A DNA stretch of 64,000 nucleotides, taken from Longimicrobiales bacterium. Lineage in GTDB: Bacteria; Gemmatimonadota; Gemmatimonadetes; Longimicrobiales; RSA9. The notes beneath the pieces were generated by a model. The model was not told the origin of the DNA and did not search any database. It saw only the letters and a program-made list of their open reading frames with translations. Location of the stretch: positions 5,017 through 69,016 of the forward strand of contig JBOHRE010000001.1 in the NCBI GenBank assembly GCA_050732635.1. The letters are read 5' to 3'. This document shows positions 21,574-32,329 of the stretch, piece by piece (the stretch's first letter is position 1; every line of letters starts with the position of its first letter). The position numbers and the translations under genes were made by a program.

Positions 21574-22127
21574 TCGACGCCGCGCTGGCAGGGCGCATCC
21601 GACTGGTGATCCTCGACGTCGATGGGGTCCTCACGGATGCCGCTGTGTACATCGGCACGGGAGCCGATGGCGAAGCGATCGAGCTGAAGCGATTCGATAT
21701 CCAGGACGGACTCGGCGTGAAGCTGTTGGAGCGAGCCGGCGTGCGCGTCGCTGTCGTGAGCGGCCGCGAATCGGCCGCGACGCGGCTGCGCATGGAGGAG
21801 CTGGGCCTGGAATGCCACCAGGCGCCGGAAGGCTTCAAGTTGCAGGGCTTCGAGCACGCGCTGGCAAGCGCCGGCTGCGGTTGGGACCAGGTCGCCGTGC
21901 TCGGTGACGACCTGCCGGACCTGCCGGCGCTGCGGCGGGCGGCGCTGCCCGTCGCCGTGGCCGATGCGGTGCCGGAGGTGCGCGCGCTGGCGCGCTGGGT
22001 GACGAGCCGGGCCGGTGGCTGTCGCGCCGTGCGCGAGTTCGCCGAAGCGCTGCTGGACGCGCGCGGGGAGTGGCGCCGGGTCGTGGCGGAGTATAGCGCC
22101 GAGCGGGACACCGAGTATGCGGGCTGA
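21570..22127 (+). CDS. kdsC: Kdo 8-phosphate phosphatase (HAD-IIIA)
   Basis: The LVILDVDGVLTD HAD motif I and FDIQDGLGVKLL are present. ATGA overlap with kdsA. Confidence 0.8.
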   Translation: MIDAALAGRIRLVILDVDGVLTDAAVYIGTGADGEAIELKRFDIQDGLGVKLLERAGVRVAVVSGRESAATRLRMEELGLECHQAPEGFKLQGFEHALASAGCGWDQVAVLGDDLPDLPALRRAALPVAVADAVPEVRALARWVTSRAGGCRAVREFAEALLDARGEWRRVVAEYSAERDTEYAG

Positions 22128-23100
22128 AGCCGCGCTCGGCTCGCAGAGCCTGGAACAGGCCCGCGCGGTCGTGCGCGCCGAGGCCGATGCATTACTGGCC
22201 CTGGAGCGGCGCCTCGGCGATGCCTTTCTCGACGCCGTCGAGCTGATCCTGTGCGCCAACGGCCGCGTCATCGTGAGCGGCATCGGCAAGAGCGGCATCA
22301 TCGGTCGCAAAATCGCTGCGACGCTGACATCAACCGGCACGCCGGCAATCTTCCTGCACCCCGTCGAAGGGCTGCATGGCGATCTGGGCGTCGTCGGCCG
22401 CGAGGATGTCGCGATCCTGATCTCGAAGAGCGGCGAATCCGATGAGCTTCGAGGGCTGCTCGAGTACCTGAGTCGCACCGGCGTCCCGATCCTGGCGCTC
22501 ACGGGTCGGCCCGAATCGACGCTGGCGCGCGCGGCAGCCGTCTGCCTGGACTGCTCGGTGGACGTGGAGGCCTGCCCCTTCGATCTGGCGCCAACCACAT
22601 CCACGACGGTGACCATGGCACTGGGCGACGCGCTCGCCGTCGCGCTGCTCGGCCGACGCGAGTTCACCCGCGAGGACTTCGCGCGCCTGCATCCCGGTGG
22701 CGCGCTCGGCCGCAAGCTGACGCTCCGCACTGCCGATGTCATGGTCACCGGCGAAGCCTGCCCGCGCCTGGCCGAAGCCGCCACGATGCGCGAAGCCATC
22801 GTGCTGCTCGCCGAAAAGCGCGGCACCGTGCCCATCGTCGACGACGCCGGCCACGTCGTCGGCGTGGTCACGGCCGGTGACCTCACGCGGCTCATGGAGC
22901 GCGAGGAGAGCGTTTTCCAGGTGCCGGTCGCCGAGGTCATGAATCGCAGCCCGAAGGTGTGTGGCCCGGACGAGCTCGGTGCTGCCGTGGTTTACCGCAT
23001 GGAGACCCACGGCATCATGGCAATGCCGGTCGTCGATGACGACCACCGCCTGGTCGGCATCGTGCACCTGCACGACCTGATGCGCGCCGGCGCGGTTTAG
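22117..23100 (+). CDS. kdsD: arabinose-5-phosphate isomerase (SIS + CBS pair), KdsD/KpsF
   Basis: SIS motif GIGKSGIIGRKIAATLTSTGTPA and C-terminal CBS repeats. The start is the internal ATG at 22117. Confidence 0.85.
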   Translation: MRAEAALGSQSLEQARAVVRAEADALLALERRLGDAFLDAVELILCANGRVIVSGIGKSGIIGRKIAATLTSTGTPAIFLHPVEGLHGDLGVVGREDVAILISKSGESDELRGLLEYLSRTGVPILALTGRPESTLARAAAVCLDCSVDVEACPFDLAPTTSTTVTMALGDALAVALLGRREFTREDFARLHPGGALGRKLTLRTADVMVTGEACPRLAEAATMREAIVLLAEKRGTVPIVDDAGHVVGVVTAGDLTRLMEREESVFQVPVAEVMNRSPKVCGPDELGAAVVYRMETHGIMAMPVVDDDHRLVGIVHLHDLMRAGAV

Positions 23101-23139
23101 AAACGATGCGGATCGAAGGGTGTAACTAGGCCTGGGATC

Positions 23140-23739
23140 ATGACTTTGCTCGGCTCATATAATGCAACTTCGCAGCCCGCTTCGGGTCGGGTCCTGCGCC
23201 GGCTGGCCCGCACGCTGACCTGCGTCGTGCTGCTGGGTGCGTGCGCTCAGCAGGGCGGTACCGAGCCGGAGGCGCTCGCGCTGTTCGACGGCGTGGATGC
23301 CGACCAGGTCATCATCGGGCTCGATCAGTGGTTGACCCGCGAAGGGGTTCGACGCGCGCAGATCCAGGGCGATACCGCGTATGTGTTCACCGATTCCTCA
23401 CGCGTGCAGCTACGCGGCGTCAACGTGCTGATGTACGACGAGGGGGGTCGGCAGAATGCCAATCTGACCTCGCTCAGCGGCGTGCTGGATACGCGGACCG
23501 AGGCGATGGTGGCTCGCGGCGAGGTCGTCCTGACGACGGCTGCGGGCAACCGCCGCATCATGACGGAGGAGCTGCACTATGATCCGCAGTCGGGACGCAT
23601 CTGGAGCGAAGTCGAGACCACGATGGTCGAGGATGGCAGCCGCATCACCGGCACGGGCTTTACGTCGGACACCGAGTTCCGCAACGTGCAGGTGACGAAT
23701 CCTCGGGGTCAGACACAGAACCTGCGGATCGAATTCTGA
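23140..23739 (+). CDS. lptC: LptC-like LPS export protein
   Basis: ~200 aa with an N-terminal anchor or lipobox (LLGAC) and beta-jellyroll-like repeats. It occupies the conserved position between kdsD and lptA. Confidence 0.6.
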   Translation: MTLLGSYNATSQPASGRVLRRLARTLTCVVLLGACAQQGGTEPEALALFDGVDADQVIIGLDQWLTREGVRRAQIQGDTAYVFTDSSRVQLRGVNVLMYDEGGRQNANLTSLSGVLDTRTEAMVARGEVVLTTAAGNRRIMTEELHYDPQSGRIWSEVETTMVEDGSRITGTGFTSDTEFRNVQVTNPRGQTQNLRIEF

Positions 23740-25163
23740 TGGGCCTGCCATCCGTCGGGGCTCGTCGGCCGTGCTGGCTGGCCTCTGCTGGTCTGCTCGC
23801 AGCGCTCACCGTTGCTGCGTACTCGCCGGTGGCGGCTCAACAGCAAAGCTGCGACCTGGGCGGTAATCCCCGGTTGCTCAATCAACAGGGTTCGCTGCTC
23901 TTCATCAGCGGCCGATTTCGCGTGACCTGCACCGACGGCGTGGTCGTCGAGGCGGACAGCGCGGTCAATCTGCAGGATCTCCGGGAGTGGTACCTCATCG
24001 GAGATGTTCATTACATGGATCAGGAGAAGACACTGACTGCGGGCTGGGTGCACTACCAGACGGCACAACGGTACCTGCAGGGGCGCGACGACGTCGTCGT
24101 GAGCGACCAGCAGACCGGCTCGCTGGTGCGCGGCGAGCAGCTCCAGTACTTCCGGCAGAGTCCGGAGCGCGACACGGCGCGCGTGCTGGTCGGGGGCGGG
24201 CGCCCGCACGCCGAGCTGCGCGACCGGACCGAGCCCGGCGCGCTGCCCGACACCAGCGCGCCCACCCTCGTCGACGCCAACGTCATCGAGCTGATCGGGG
24301 ACGACGCCTTTCGCGCCTTCGGCGACGTCGAGCTGACTCGAGGCGAGATCCACGGCACCGGCGCTGAGGCCCACTACGACGGCGTCACGAACCGGCTCGT
24401 GCTCATTCGTGACGCCGCGGTCGAGGGGGAAGGCTATGACCTCTCGGCCGACCAGATCGAAGCCGAGCTCACCGATGCGGATCGGATCGAGCAGGTCCGG
24501 GCGCTGGGGCACGGCCATCTCATCTCGGGTGAGGCCGACCTGCGCGCACCCGAGCTGCGCGTGTTCTTCGCCGATGGTGTCGCGCAGCGGCTGATCGCAC
24601 TCGGCGCCGCCCGAACGACGGCGGCCGCCGATTCGATCGGACAGGCGATTCTGACTAGCCAGGCACTGCGCCTGGTCGGCGACTCGATCGACGCGACTGC
24701 GGCCGACCAGCGCCTCGACTCGCTCTACGCCGTCGGCGCTGCCTACGGCGAGCAGCTCGCCGACTCGGTGCCCGCCGACCTGCCCGCCGTCCTGCACCGC
24801 GACTGGGCGCGCGGCGACACGATCCGGGCGTACTTCACGGCCGTGGTCGATTCGATCGCCAGCGCAGCGGCCGACTCGGTGGTCACGCGCACCACGGTAG
24901 AGCGCATGATCGTGGCCGCAGCGACCGAGGACGAGCCGGCGCAGACCGTGTATCGGGCACGAGAGGCGGACAGCCCCGCCGCCGAGCCGCCCAGCATCAA
25001 TTACATGCTCGCGATGCGTATCGAGATCCTGCTCCGCGACGGACAGGTCAGCTCTGTGCGCGCGGAGGGGCCCGTCCAGGGGCTGCAGCTGCAGCCGATG
25101 ACCACGGGAAACGGCGTGCCTGCGGATACGACGTCCCGACGACCGGGCCGGGGCAGCCGATGA
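23739..25163 (+). CDS. lptA: OstA/LptA-like periplasmic protein (long form, 474 aa)
   Basis: Signal peptide, OstA-like repeats, and a position upstream of lptB. It is much longer than canonical LptA. Confidence 0.55.
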   Translation: MGLPSVGARRPCWLASAGLLAALTVAAYSPVAAQQQSCDLGGNPRLLNQQGSLLFISGRFRVTCTDGVVVEADSAVNLQDLREWYLIGDVHYMDQEKTLTAGWVHYQTAQRYLQGRDDVVVSDQQTGSLVRGEQLQYFRQSPERDTARVLVGGGRPHAELRDRTEPGALPDTSAPTLVDANVIELIGDDAFRAFGDVELTRGEIHGTGAEAHYDGVTNRLVLIRDAAVEGEGYDLSADQIEAELTDADRIEQVRALGHGHLISGEADLRAPELRVFFADGVAQRLIALGAARTTAAADSIGQAILTSQALRLVGDSIDATAADQRLDSLYAVGAAYGEQLADSVPADLPAVLHRDWARGDTIRAYFTAVVDSIASAAADSVVTRTTVERMIVAAATEDEPAQTVYRAREADSPAAEPPSINYMLAMRIEILLRDGQVSSVRAEGPVQGLQLQPMTTGNGVPADTTSRRPGRGSR

Positions 25164-26377
25164 GCGCCGCTCGCGTCCTCGACTACGCGCAGGGGCTGCG
25201 CTCTCACGACGCCTCTGTCGCGGTCGCGTTGCTCGAGCTCATCCGGCACGCCGGACCCGACGGCGCGATCGACCGGGGTGACTGGATCGCTGCGGTTCGC
25301 GCCGCCGTGCAGCACCACGCCGAAGCCGAGGGCGCCGCGCTCGCCGGCGAGGCGCCCGGTATGGCGCCCGTCGATCAGCTCGCGCAATACCTCGAGGAGC
25401 ACGTGCTGCGCCCGCTCGCCCAGGAAGACATCGTCCACCTCGAGCCGGAAGAAGGACCGTGGGAACGCGTTTGCCTGGCCGACGACCTGCGCACTGAGCC
25501 GGCCCAACGCGCGGCGCTGGCCGTCGAATTGGAGCAGATCGTACACTCATTGCATAGGCGTGATGCCGGGCGACCGCTGGGCGAGCGCCGCGCCGCGCCG
25601 CGCAAGGGCGGCAGCCGGCTCGAAGCGCACGGACTGGTGAAGACCTACCGCCGCCGCAAGGTGGTGAACGAGGTCGACATCCGGGTGGAGCAGGGCGAGA
25701 TCGTGGGATTGCTCGGACCGAATGGGGCAGGCAAGACGACCACCTTCTACATGATCGTGGGCCTGATCCCGCCGACCCACGGCCACGTGCAGCTGGACGG
25801 CGCCGAGCTGACGGCGGTGCCAATGTACCGCCGGGCGCGCGCCGGTATCGGTTACCTTGCGCAGGAGCCGTCGGTGTTCCGCAAGCTCACGGTCGAGGAG
25901 AATATCATGGCGATCCTCGAGACGCTCGGGCTGCCTCGCGCCGAACGGAAGCGCCGGCTCGAGACGCTACTCGATGAGCTGTCGATCAAGCACCTGCGGA
26001 AGAACCGGGCGTATTCGCTCTCGGGCGGCGAGCGACGCCGGCTCGAGATCACGCGCGCGCTCGTCAGCGAGCCAAAGTTCATGCTGCTCGACGAGCCATT
26101 CGCCGGCGTCGACCCGATCGCGGTCCACGACATCCAGCAGATCGTGGCCGGCCTGAGGCACCGCGGCATCGGCGTCATCATCAGCGACCACAATGTGGAG
26201 CAGACGCTCGATATCGTGGATCGGGCATACATCATGTACGATGGCCGGGTGCGCGTCTCGGGCACTGTCGCCGAGCTGGTCTGGAGCGATGAGGTCGCTG
26301 AAATCTACTTCGGACCCACCCTGACCGCGCGCATGCGCGAGCGTTACCGGAGACCGGAAGCGGTGGCATACGCATGA
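25160..26377 (+). CDS. lptB: LPS export ABC transporter ATP-binding protein LptB with a ~150-aa N-terminal extension
   Basis: The C-terminal 250 aa carry [24 protein letters not shown] and [11 protein letters not shown]. The ORF starts with an ATGA overlap on the lptA stop, and no in-frame stop precedes the ABC domain. Confidence 0.85.
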   Translation: MSAARVLDYAQGLRSHDASVAVALLELIRHAGPDGAIDRGDWIAAVRAAVQHHAEAEGAALAGEAPGMAPVDQLAQYLEEHVLRPLAQEDIVHLEPEEGPWERVCLADDLRTEPAQRAALAVELEQIVHSLHRRDAGRPLGERRAAPRKGGSRLEAHGLVKTYRRRKVVNEVDIRVEQGEIVGLLGPNGAGKTTTFYMIVGLIPPTHGHVQLDGAELTAVPMYRRARAGIGYLAQEPSVFRKLTVEENIMAILETLGLPRAERKRRLETLLDELSIKHLRKNRAYSLSGGERRRLEITRALVSEPKFMLLDEPFAGVDPIAVHDIQQIVAGLRHRGIGVIISDHNVEQTLDIVDRAYIMYDGRVRVSGTVAELVWSDEVAEIYFGPTLTARMRERYRRPEAVAYA

Positions 26378-27831
26378 AGACGGGACTGTATCAGGGCACG
26401 CAGCTCAAGCAGGAGATGAAGATCAATCCACGCCTGTACCAGGCGATGGATCTGCTCTACATGCCCCTGCTCGATCTGCAGGCCCACATCAATCAGGAGC
26501 TGCTGAACAATCCCTTCCTCGAGCTCGAAGCGCCCGCGCCGGAAACCGAGACGGAGCCGACCGACAAGGAGAAGGAAAAGGAGAAGGACAAGGAAAAGGA
26601 CGACGAGATCGACTGGGAAGAGATCCTGCTCGATGGCTTCGAAGCCGGCGGTCGCAAGGCAGAGTACGAGGAAAAGGAGTACTACGAGGCCGTACCGGTC
26701 GAGACACGGGACCTGTCGGATCATCTGCGCGACCAGCTCGTGCTGCTGCGCCACTCGGATCGCGAGATCCTCCTCGGCGAGGAGCTGATTGGCAACATCG
26801 ATGACGATGGCTATCTGACCTGTCCGCTGGAGGAGGTGGTCAACCCGCTCAACGACTGGCTGGCCGACAGCGGCGCGGAATGGGCCGAGTCCGCAGCCGA
26901 GATGCAGCCGTTCATGGTCGAGGAAGCCGAAGCCATGCTCAAGACCATTCAGACGTTCGACCCCGCTGGCGTCGGCGCACGTAACCTGCGCGAGTGCCTG
27001 CGGCTCCAGCTCGAGGACGCGGCTCACGAGGACACGCTCGCCTTTCGCATTGTCCGTGATTACTTCGATCAGCTCATCAACCACCGTTGGTCGGAGATCT
27101 CCAAGGAGCTGGGCGTCACGCCGCGCGATGTACAGACCGCAGCGGATGACATTGCGAAGCTCGACCCGAAGCCGGGTCTGAAGTATGCCGTGCCGAAGGA
27201 CAACTACATCACGCCGGATCTGATCGTCGAAAAGATCGATGGCGAGTATATTGTCTTCCTCAATGACACGAACATGCCGCGGCTGCGGCTGTCGCGTGCC
27301 TACCGTGAGATCGCCAGGGACAAGAACCAGTTCAAGGGGGAGAACAAGGAATTCATCTCCAATAAGCTGAACAGCGCCAACTGGATGATTCAGGCGATCG
27401 AGCAGCGGCGGCAAACGATGCTCAAGGTGATGAACTTCATTGTGGACCGGCAGCGCGAGTTCTTCGAAAAGGGCGTGCAGTACCTGAAGCCGCTGACGCT
27501 GCGCGAGGTCGCCGAGGTCATCGACATGCACGAGTCGACCGTGTCGCGAGTGACGAACGAGAAGTTCGTGCAAACTCCGCGAGGCGTGCTGCCGCTCAAA
27601 TTCTTCTTCTCGAGCGGCCTGTCGACCACGTCCGGTGAGGATGTCAGCGCGCGCGGCATCAAGGACAAGATCGAGAAGCTGGTGTCGGAGGAGAACCCGA
27701 AGAAGCCGCTGACCGACCAGGCGATCGTCAATATCCTGAAGGAGGAGGGCATCCAGATCGCGCGGCGCACGGTTGCCAAGTACCGCGACCAGCTCGGCAT
27801 CCTGTCGGCACGGATGCGGAAGCGGGTCTAG
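26374..27831 (+). CDS. rpoN: RNA polymerase sigma-54 factor
   Basis: The region [17 protein letters not shown], an acidic linker and the C-terminal RpoN box ARRTVAKYR are present. Confidence 0.95.
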   Translation: MKTGLYQGTQLKQEMKINPRLYQAMDLLYMPLLDLQAHINQELLNNPFLELEAPAPETETEPTDKEKEKEKDKEKDDEIDWEEILLDGFEAGGRKAEYEEKEYYEAVPVETRDLSDHLRDQLVLLRHSDREILLGEELIGNIDDDGYLTCPLEEVVNPLNDWLADSGAEWAESAAEMQPFMVEEAEAMLKTIQTFDPAGVGARNLRECLRLQLEDAAHEDTLAFRIVRDYFDQLINHRWSEISKELGVTPRDVQTAADDIAKLDPKPGLKYAVPKDNYITPDLIVEKIDGEYIVFLNDTNMPRLRLSRAYREIARDKNQFKGENKEFISNKLNSANWMIQAIEQRRQTMLKVMNFIVDRQREFFEKGVQYLKPLTLREVAEVIDMHESTVSRVTNEKFVQTPRGVLPLKFFFSSGLSTTSGEDVSARGIKDKIEKLVSEENPKKPLTDQAIVNILKEEGIQIARRTVAKYRDQLGILSARMRKRV

Positions 27832-27845
27832 CGGCGCGGGAGCAG

Positions 27846-28889
27846 ATGGGCATCGGGGTCGAGGGTTCCGGCGTGGGCGTCGAACGCGGCGTTACCCTGC
27901 GCACCGAGGACCCGCGGATTCACGATCTGCCCGACGCGGCGCGCCGTGATTTTGCGGTCGTCGTGCCTGCCTATGACGAGGTCGAGAATGTGCCGGACCT
28001 CGTTCGCGAGCTGCGTGAGACCTTTCGCCGGTTTCGGCTGGACGGAGAGGTTCTCCTGGTCGATGATGGCTCCTCCGACGGCACGGCCTCGTGCGCCGAG
28101 GAGCTGACGCAGGATTGGCCGCGGTTCCGCGTGCTGCGCCACCGCCGCAACTTCGGCAAGACCGAGGCGCTGCTGACTGCCGCCGCGGCGACGGATGCGA
28201 CCTGGCTGATCCTCTTCGACGCGGACCTGCAGCACACCACGGACGAGATTCCCCGCTTCCTCGCCCAGCTCGCGGCAGGCAGCGACATCGTGACCGGCCG
28301 CAAGGTCGGGCATTACCAGAAGGCAGCGGTCTCGCGTTTGTACAACGTACTGAATCGCTGGATCTTCAAGGTTCCGGTCAGCGATCTGAACTCCATGAAG
28401 GGCTTCCGCCGTGAGGTGCTGGACGAGGTGCATCTGCGGCACGACTGGCACCGCTTCTTCGTGGTTCTAGCTTACGCCCGCGGCTTCTCGATGGATGAGA
28501 TCGACATCGAGCTGCGGCCGCGCCGGCACGGCAGCGCGAAGTACAGCAGCGGCTCGCGGATCATGGTCGGCCTACTCGACCTGATCTCCGTCGCCTTCTT
28601 TCTGCTCTTCTCGCGGAAGCCGCTGCTGCTGTTCGGCCTCAGCGGCCTGAGCCTCGCCGCGCTGGGCATGATCATCGGGCTGGTCACCATCGTACTGCGC
28701 GTGCAGCACATCGTCCTGCCGTTCGGCTACCGACCACTGCTGTACCTGGTGATCCTCCTCGAAACGCTCGGTTTCCTGCTCTTTGGTTTTGGCTTCGTGG
28801 CGGAGCTGATCGCGCAGCAGCAGGCGGACCTGGATGCCTTGCAGCGCAAGCTCGCAAGACGCCCGGAGGCATCCGAGGGCCGACGGTAG
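27846..28889 (+). CDS. GT2 polyprenyl-phosphate glycosyltransferase (GtrB/CsbB/DPM-synthase-like) with C-terminal TM helices
   Basis: VVVPAYDEVENV, LVDDGSSDGT and the FDADLQH DxD region, followed by two C-terminal hydrophobic helices. Confidence 0.7.
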   Translation: MGIGVEGSGVGVERGVTLRTEDPRIHDLPDAARRDFAVVVPAYDEVENVPDLVRELRETFRRFRLDGEVLLVDDGSSDGTASCAEELTQDWPRFRVLRHRRNFGKTEALLTAAAATDATWLILFDADLQHTTDEIPRFLAQLAAGSDIVTGRKVGHYQKAAVSRLYNVLNRWIFKVPVSDLNSMKGFRREVLDEVHLRHDWHRFFVVLAYARGFSMDEIDIELRPRRHGSAKYSSGSRIMVGLLDLISVAFFLLFSRKPLLLFGLSGLSLAALGMIIGLVTIVLRVQHIVLPFGYRPLLYLVILLETLGFLLFGFGFVAELIAQQQADLDALQRKLARRPEASEGRR

Positions 28890-28949
28890 TCATCCATTCG
28901 GCTCCGCGGGCTCGGAGACCACAGCCTCCGGGGCGGCCCGGAGACCCCG

Positions 28950-29957
28950 TCATGTCTTCGTTGCCCTGGCTCGCGTGGCGAGCAGCATGGCTGCGGCGCC
29001 CGCCAGCTCGGCCGCGATCACCCACAGGCGTGACGCAATGGCGACGACTGCCGCGACACTCGCGACCGGCAGCAGCGGCGCCAGCAGCGCAGTCATCGAC
29101 AGCTCCCGGGCACCGAGACCTGCCGGCGCGATGAAGACCAGGTAGCCGACCAGGAAGGCCAGTGCATTGATGCCGGTCAGCGCGGCCAGTGCCTCACCGG
29201 GTAACGGCGTGATCGAGGAAACGAAGAGCCACAAGGCGAAGCCGTACGCCAGCCAGTCGATCGCGGCGAGAACGAGCAGCCAGATTCCTTCCTTCCAGGT
29301 GCCCTGCCAGACCAGCGTCGAGCGGTGTACCCAGCGCGGGATGAGGCGCAGGCCGAAATTGAGCGCGGCCGGATGCACGCAGGCGGTGGCGAGCCCGAGT
29401 GCGCCGAGTAGCAGCGTTGGCCGTACGGAGGCGTCCAACCATGCGTCGGCGGGGGCCGTGCCGATCCCGACCACCGCTGCTGCGAGTACGACGATGCCGG
29501 TCTGGATGAAGAGGGACGTGAGCAATCGTGCTGGCTCGAGACCGGCGCGGCGCGCCAGCTCCGCGATGCCCACGAACTGCCACACCTTGCCGGGGATGTA
29601 GCGGACCAGATTCGCCAGGAACCAGATCCGCAGCAGAGCGCGCCAGCGGACGGGCTCGCCGGCGAAACAGCGCAGAGTCCGTGACCAGACATAGACGCCG
29701 AACACAAAGGTCGCCTCGATTGCCACCAGGCTGGCGACCAGTCGCAACGGCTGGACGGACCAGGCGAAGGGGCGCAGCCGATCCCAGTCGCGCGCGATCG
29801 TCAGGCCCAGAAAGACGAACGCGGTGGCGACGATCGCGAGCCCGAGTGTGCGGCGCAGCAGGCGCAGCCCGCGGCGGGCTGGATCCGGATCGCTCGCCGC
29901 GATGTCGCCGGGACCGGCGTCGCTCACGAGGCTGCTGCGCGTGGCCGACGCCGCCAC
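28950..29957 (-). CDS. LPG-synthase-TM / flippase-like (UPF0104) integral membrane protein
   Basis: About 8 predicted TM helices. RYIPGKVWQF and the general architecture are typical of this family. It overlaps the yfhO-like gene by 34 nt. Confidence 0.55.
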   Translation of the reverse strand: MAASATRSSLVSDAGPGDIAASDPDPARRGLRLLRRTLGLAIVATAFVFLGLTIARDWDRLRPFAWSVQPLRLVASLVAIEATFVFGVYVWSRTLRCFAGEPVRWRALLRIWFLANLVRYIPGKVWQFVGIAELARRAGLEPARLLTSLFIQTGIVVLAAAVVGIGTAPADAWLDASVRPTLLLGALGLATACVHPAALNFGLRLIPRWVHRSTLVWQGTWKEGIWLLVLAAIDWLAYGFALWLFVSSITPLPGEALAALTGINALAFLVGYLVFIAPAGLGARELSMTALLAPLLPVASVAAVVAIASRLWVIAAELAGAAAMLLATRARATKT

Positions 29958-32314
29958 GCCCCGTGGAGCAGCGCGCCGCCATATCCAGCGAGCAGAAGCA
30001 GGCCGAGCACGTGGATCCAGAAGCCGAGCCGCAGCTCGGCAGGCCCGAACTCCAGCTCGACAGTGTGCGTGCCGGATGGCACGACCACGCCCCGTAACGC
30101 ATGGTTGGCCTGCAGGACGGGCGTTTCATCCGTGTCGACATGCGCGGTCCAGCCATCGTACCACGGATCGGCAATGATGAGCAGCGCCGGCCGGTTCGAG
30201 GAGGTCTCGACGACGATACGGTCGGGCTCCGCCCGGCTCACATGCGCGCTGCCCTGAAAGTCACCGCCCTCGGGCGGGAGTCCCGGATCGTCGTATACGA
30301 ACGCGCGCTCGCGTGGATTCCAGCCTGGCTGCGTCATGGCGGCGAGCGCGCCCTGCGGCGGGTCGACCACTTCGACCGCCGGCACCAGGTAGGCGCGCGG
30401 CAGCGCCGTCAGGTTCTCGTACACGATGCCCAGCGGTCCACGGTTCGCTTCACGCAGCGCGGGCGAGTCGAGCTCTGCAGCGAGTACTAGCCAGCGGATG
30501 TTCGCGGCATCGAGGAAGACCGGGTGCTGGATGAGGTTGTGCCAGTCGACGTACCTCTCCTGCCCGGCGCCGACATACTCGTTCCAGCGCTGGAGCTGAT
30601 TGCCATGCTCGCCTCCCGCCTGTCGCACATCCCAGTGCATGAGATAGTTCGTGGCCGCGCGTGGATACGCTGCCTCGGGCGGGACGACGCCCGGAGGAAT
30701 CGCCCAGATGCGGTCATCCGCCGGCTGCGAGCGCAGGTGCTGCACGACGTGGTCTGCCGCGTACAGGCGCTCCGGCGGGTCCGTGGTCTGGAAGAAGGGC
30801 CGGCCGACGACCCACAGATCGATGACCGTGAGTGCGGCGAGCGCGATGGCAAAGACGCGCGTCGGGATGCGCGCGCCGAGCCACAGCCAGAGCAGCCCGG
30901 CGCCGGCGGCAGCGAAGAAGGCGAAGCGAAGCCAGCCGGCGGCGCGGCCGGCGTCGCCCGTCCGCGCATCCGCTCCCGCCAGGGCGGCGCCGAGCACCGC
31001 GAGTAGCGCGAGGCCCAGGAGCGCGATCCACGCGACGCCGGGCGCGGTGGTGACCTCGCGGTTCCGGGCACTCGCCGAGCGCAGCGCGTGCCGCGCCCGA
31101 GCGATCCGTTCCAGGGTCAGCGCCGCCATGATCGGGAGTGAGAAGCTGACCAGAAAGAATGCGATGTTCGGTGCGCGGAACCGCCTCGTGCCGGGCAGAA
31201 CCTCGTAGTACAGGCGGTAGAGCGGCGTAAAATCGCCGAACGAGATCGTGAGCGTGAAGAAACCGAGTCCGGCGAAGAAGAGCCAGTAACGGTCCCGCCG
31301 GGCGTACAGGATACCGAGCAGCGCGAGGCCCAGAACGGCGGCGCCGGCGTACTCGGTGTGCAGCTTGAACGGGCTATCGCCCTGGTAGGTGGGCAGGGCG
31401 GGCCGCCCCTGCTCATCCGCGATGGAAGCGCCGGCCTGTTCGGGCACAGCCAGGCCCAGCAGCTCACCGGGCGGCATCGACCATTCCGTGGCATAGTCCC
31501 AGCCGCGCCCTTCCTCACCGCCGCGCGGCGAAGCGTCGACGTAGCCGAGGAAGGGCAGGAAGTTCACCGCCGCGAGCGCAAAGCCGAAGGCGACCGCGCC
31601 GAGACCGAGGGCAAGGCGCCCGATCAGCGCGCGCGGCTGGCGCAGCAGGCCGTGACTCCAGAGCGCGAACACGGCCCACAGACCAGCGGCGAGCAGCAGG
31701 TAATACGCACTCTGGATCTGGAACGAGAGCAGCGCGAAGCCGAGGGTTGCGGCGGCCCCGAGGAATGGGCCGAACGAGCCGGTGCGCACGCCGCGGTGCA
31801 GGAAGAAGAAGAACAGCGGCGTCGACGCCGCCACGATGATGCGTCCGTCGTGCCCCGCATAGACGTAGGACAGCAGGAGCCCGGTGAACTCGAAGGCGAG
31901 TCCGGCGACGAACGCGATCCAGGGCCGCACGCCGAGCTCGCGCGCCAGCAGGTACATGCCCAGCCCGCCGAGGAAGAACGACAGCACGAAGATCGCGGGC
32001 AGGATCAACGCGACAGGGAAGAGCAGGTCCGCCAGGTGACGGAACGGATGGAATGCGCTGCCCGGATTCGCGAACAGCGGCAGCCCACCATACACGTAGG
32101 GCACCCATTTCGGCAGCGCCCCTGCAGCGAAGCGCTCCGACACGAACTCATGGAAGAAGTAGCCGCCCGCGAGGTAGTCCGTACCGAAGATATGGCGGCC
32201 CGGCAGGAACGCGGGCAGGAAATAGAGTGCTGACAACGCGAAGAACACCGCCGCCGCCCGCCCCGTCGTGATCCAGTCTGCCTCCTCCACCAGCACGTCA
32301 GCGCGTTTCGCCAA
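29924..32314 (-). CDS. YfhO-family polytopic membrane protein (putative GT-C-type extracytoplasmic glycosyltransferase)
   Basis: 796 aa with many N-terminal TM helices plus a large C-terminal soluble domain. The YfhO-like N-terminus reads FLPGRHIFGTDYLAGGYFFHEF. Confidence 0.6.
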   Translation of the reverse strand: MAKRADVLVEEADWITTGRAAAVFFALSALYFLPAFLPGRHIFGTDYLAGGYFFHEFVSERFAAGALPKWVPYVYGGLPLFANPGSAFHPFRHLADLLFPVALILPAIFVLSFFLGGLGMYLLARELGVRPWIAFVAGLAFEFTGLLLSYVYAGHDGRIIVAASTPLFFFFLHRGVRTGSFGPFLGAAATLGFALLSFQIQSAYYLLLAAGLWAVFALWSHGLLRQPRALIGRLALGLGAVAFGFALAAVNFLPFLGYVDASPRGGEEGRGWDYATEWSMPPGELLGLAVPEQAGASIADEQGRPALPTYQGDSPFKLHTEYAGAAVLGLALLGILYARRDRYWLFFAGLGFFTLTISFGDFTPLYRLYYEVLPGTRRFRAPNIAFFLVSFSLPIMAALTLERIARARHALRSASARNREVTTAPGVAWIALLGLALLAVLGAALAGADARTGDAGRAAGWLRFAFFAAAGAGLLWLWLGARIPTRVFAIALAALTVIDLWVVGRPFFQTTDPPERLYAADHVVQHLRSQPADDRIWAIPPGVVPPEAAYPRAATNYLMHWDVRQAGGEHGNQLQRWNEYVGAGQERYVDWHNLIQHPVFLDAANIRWLVLAAELDSPALREANRGPLGIVYENLTALPRAYLVPAVEVVDPPQGALAAMTQPGWNPRERAFVYDDPGLPPEGGDFQGSAHVSRAEPDRIVVETSSNRPALLIIADPWYDGWTAHVDTDETPVLQANHALRGVVVPSGTHTVELEFGPAELRLGFWIHVLGLLLLAGYGGALLHGAWRRRPRAAAS

Positions 32315-32329
32315 CCCTCCTCCTCGTTC

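Noticed and set aside
28889-28950. Bidirectional terminator between the convergent GT2 and flippase-like genes (GGCTCCG...CCGGAGACC repeats).
   Set aside because: Only an imperfect, bulged stem can be drawn, and there is no T/A tract on either side. This is insufficient support.
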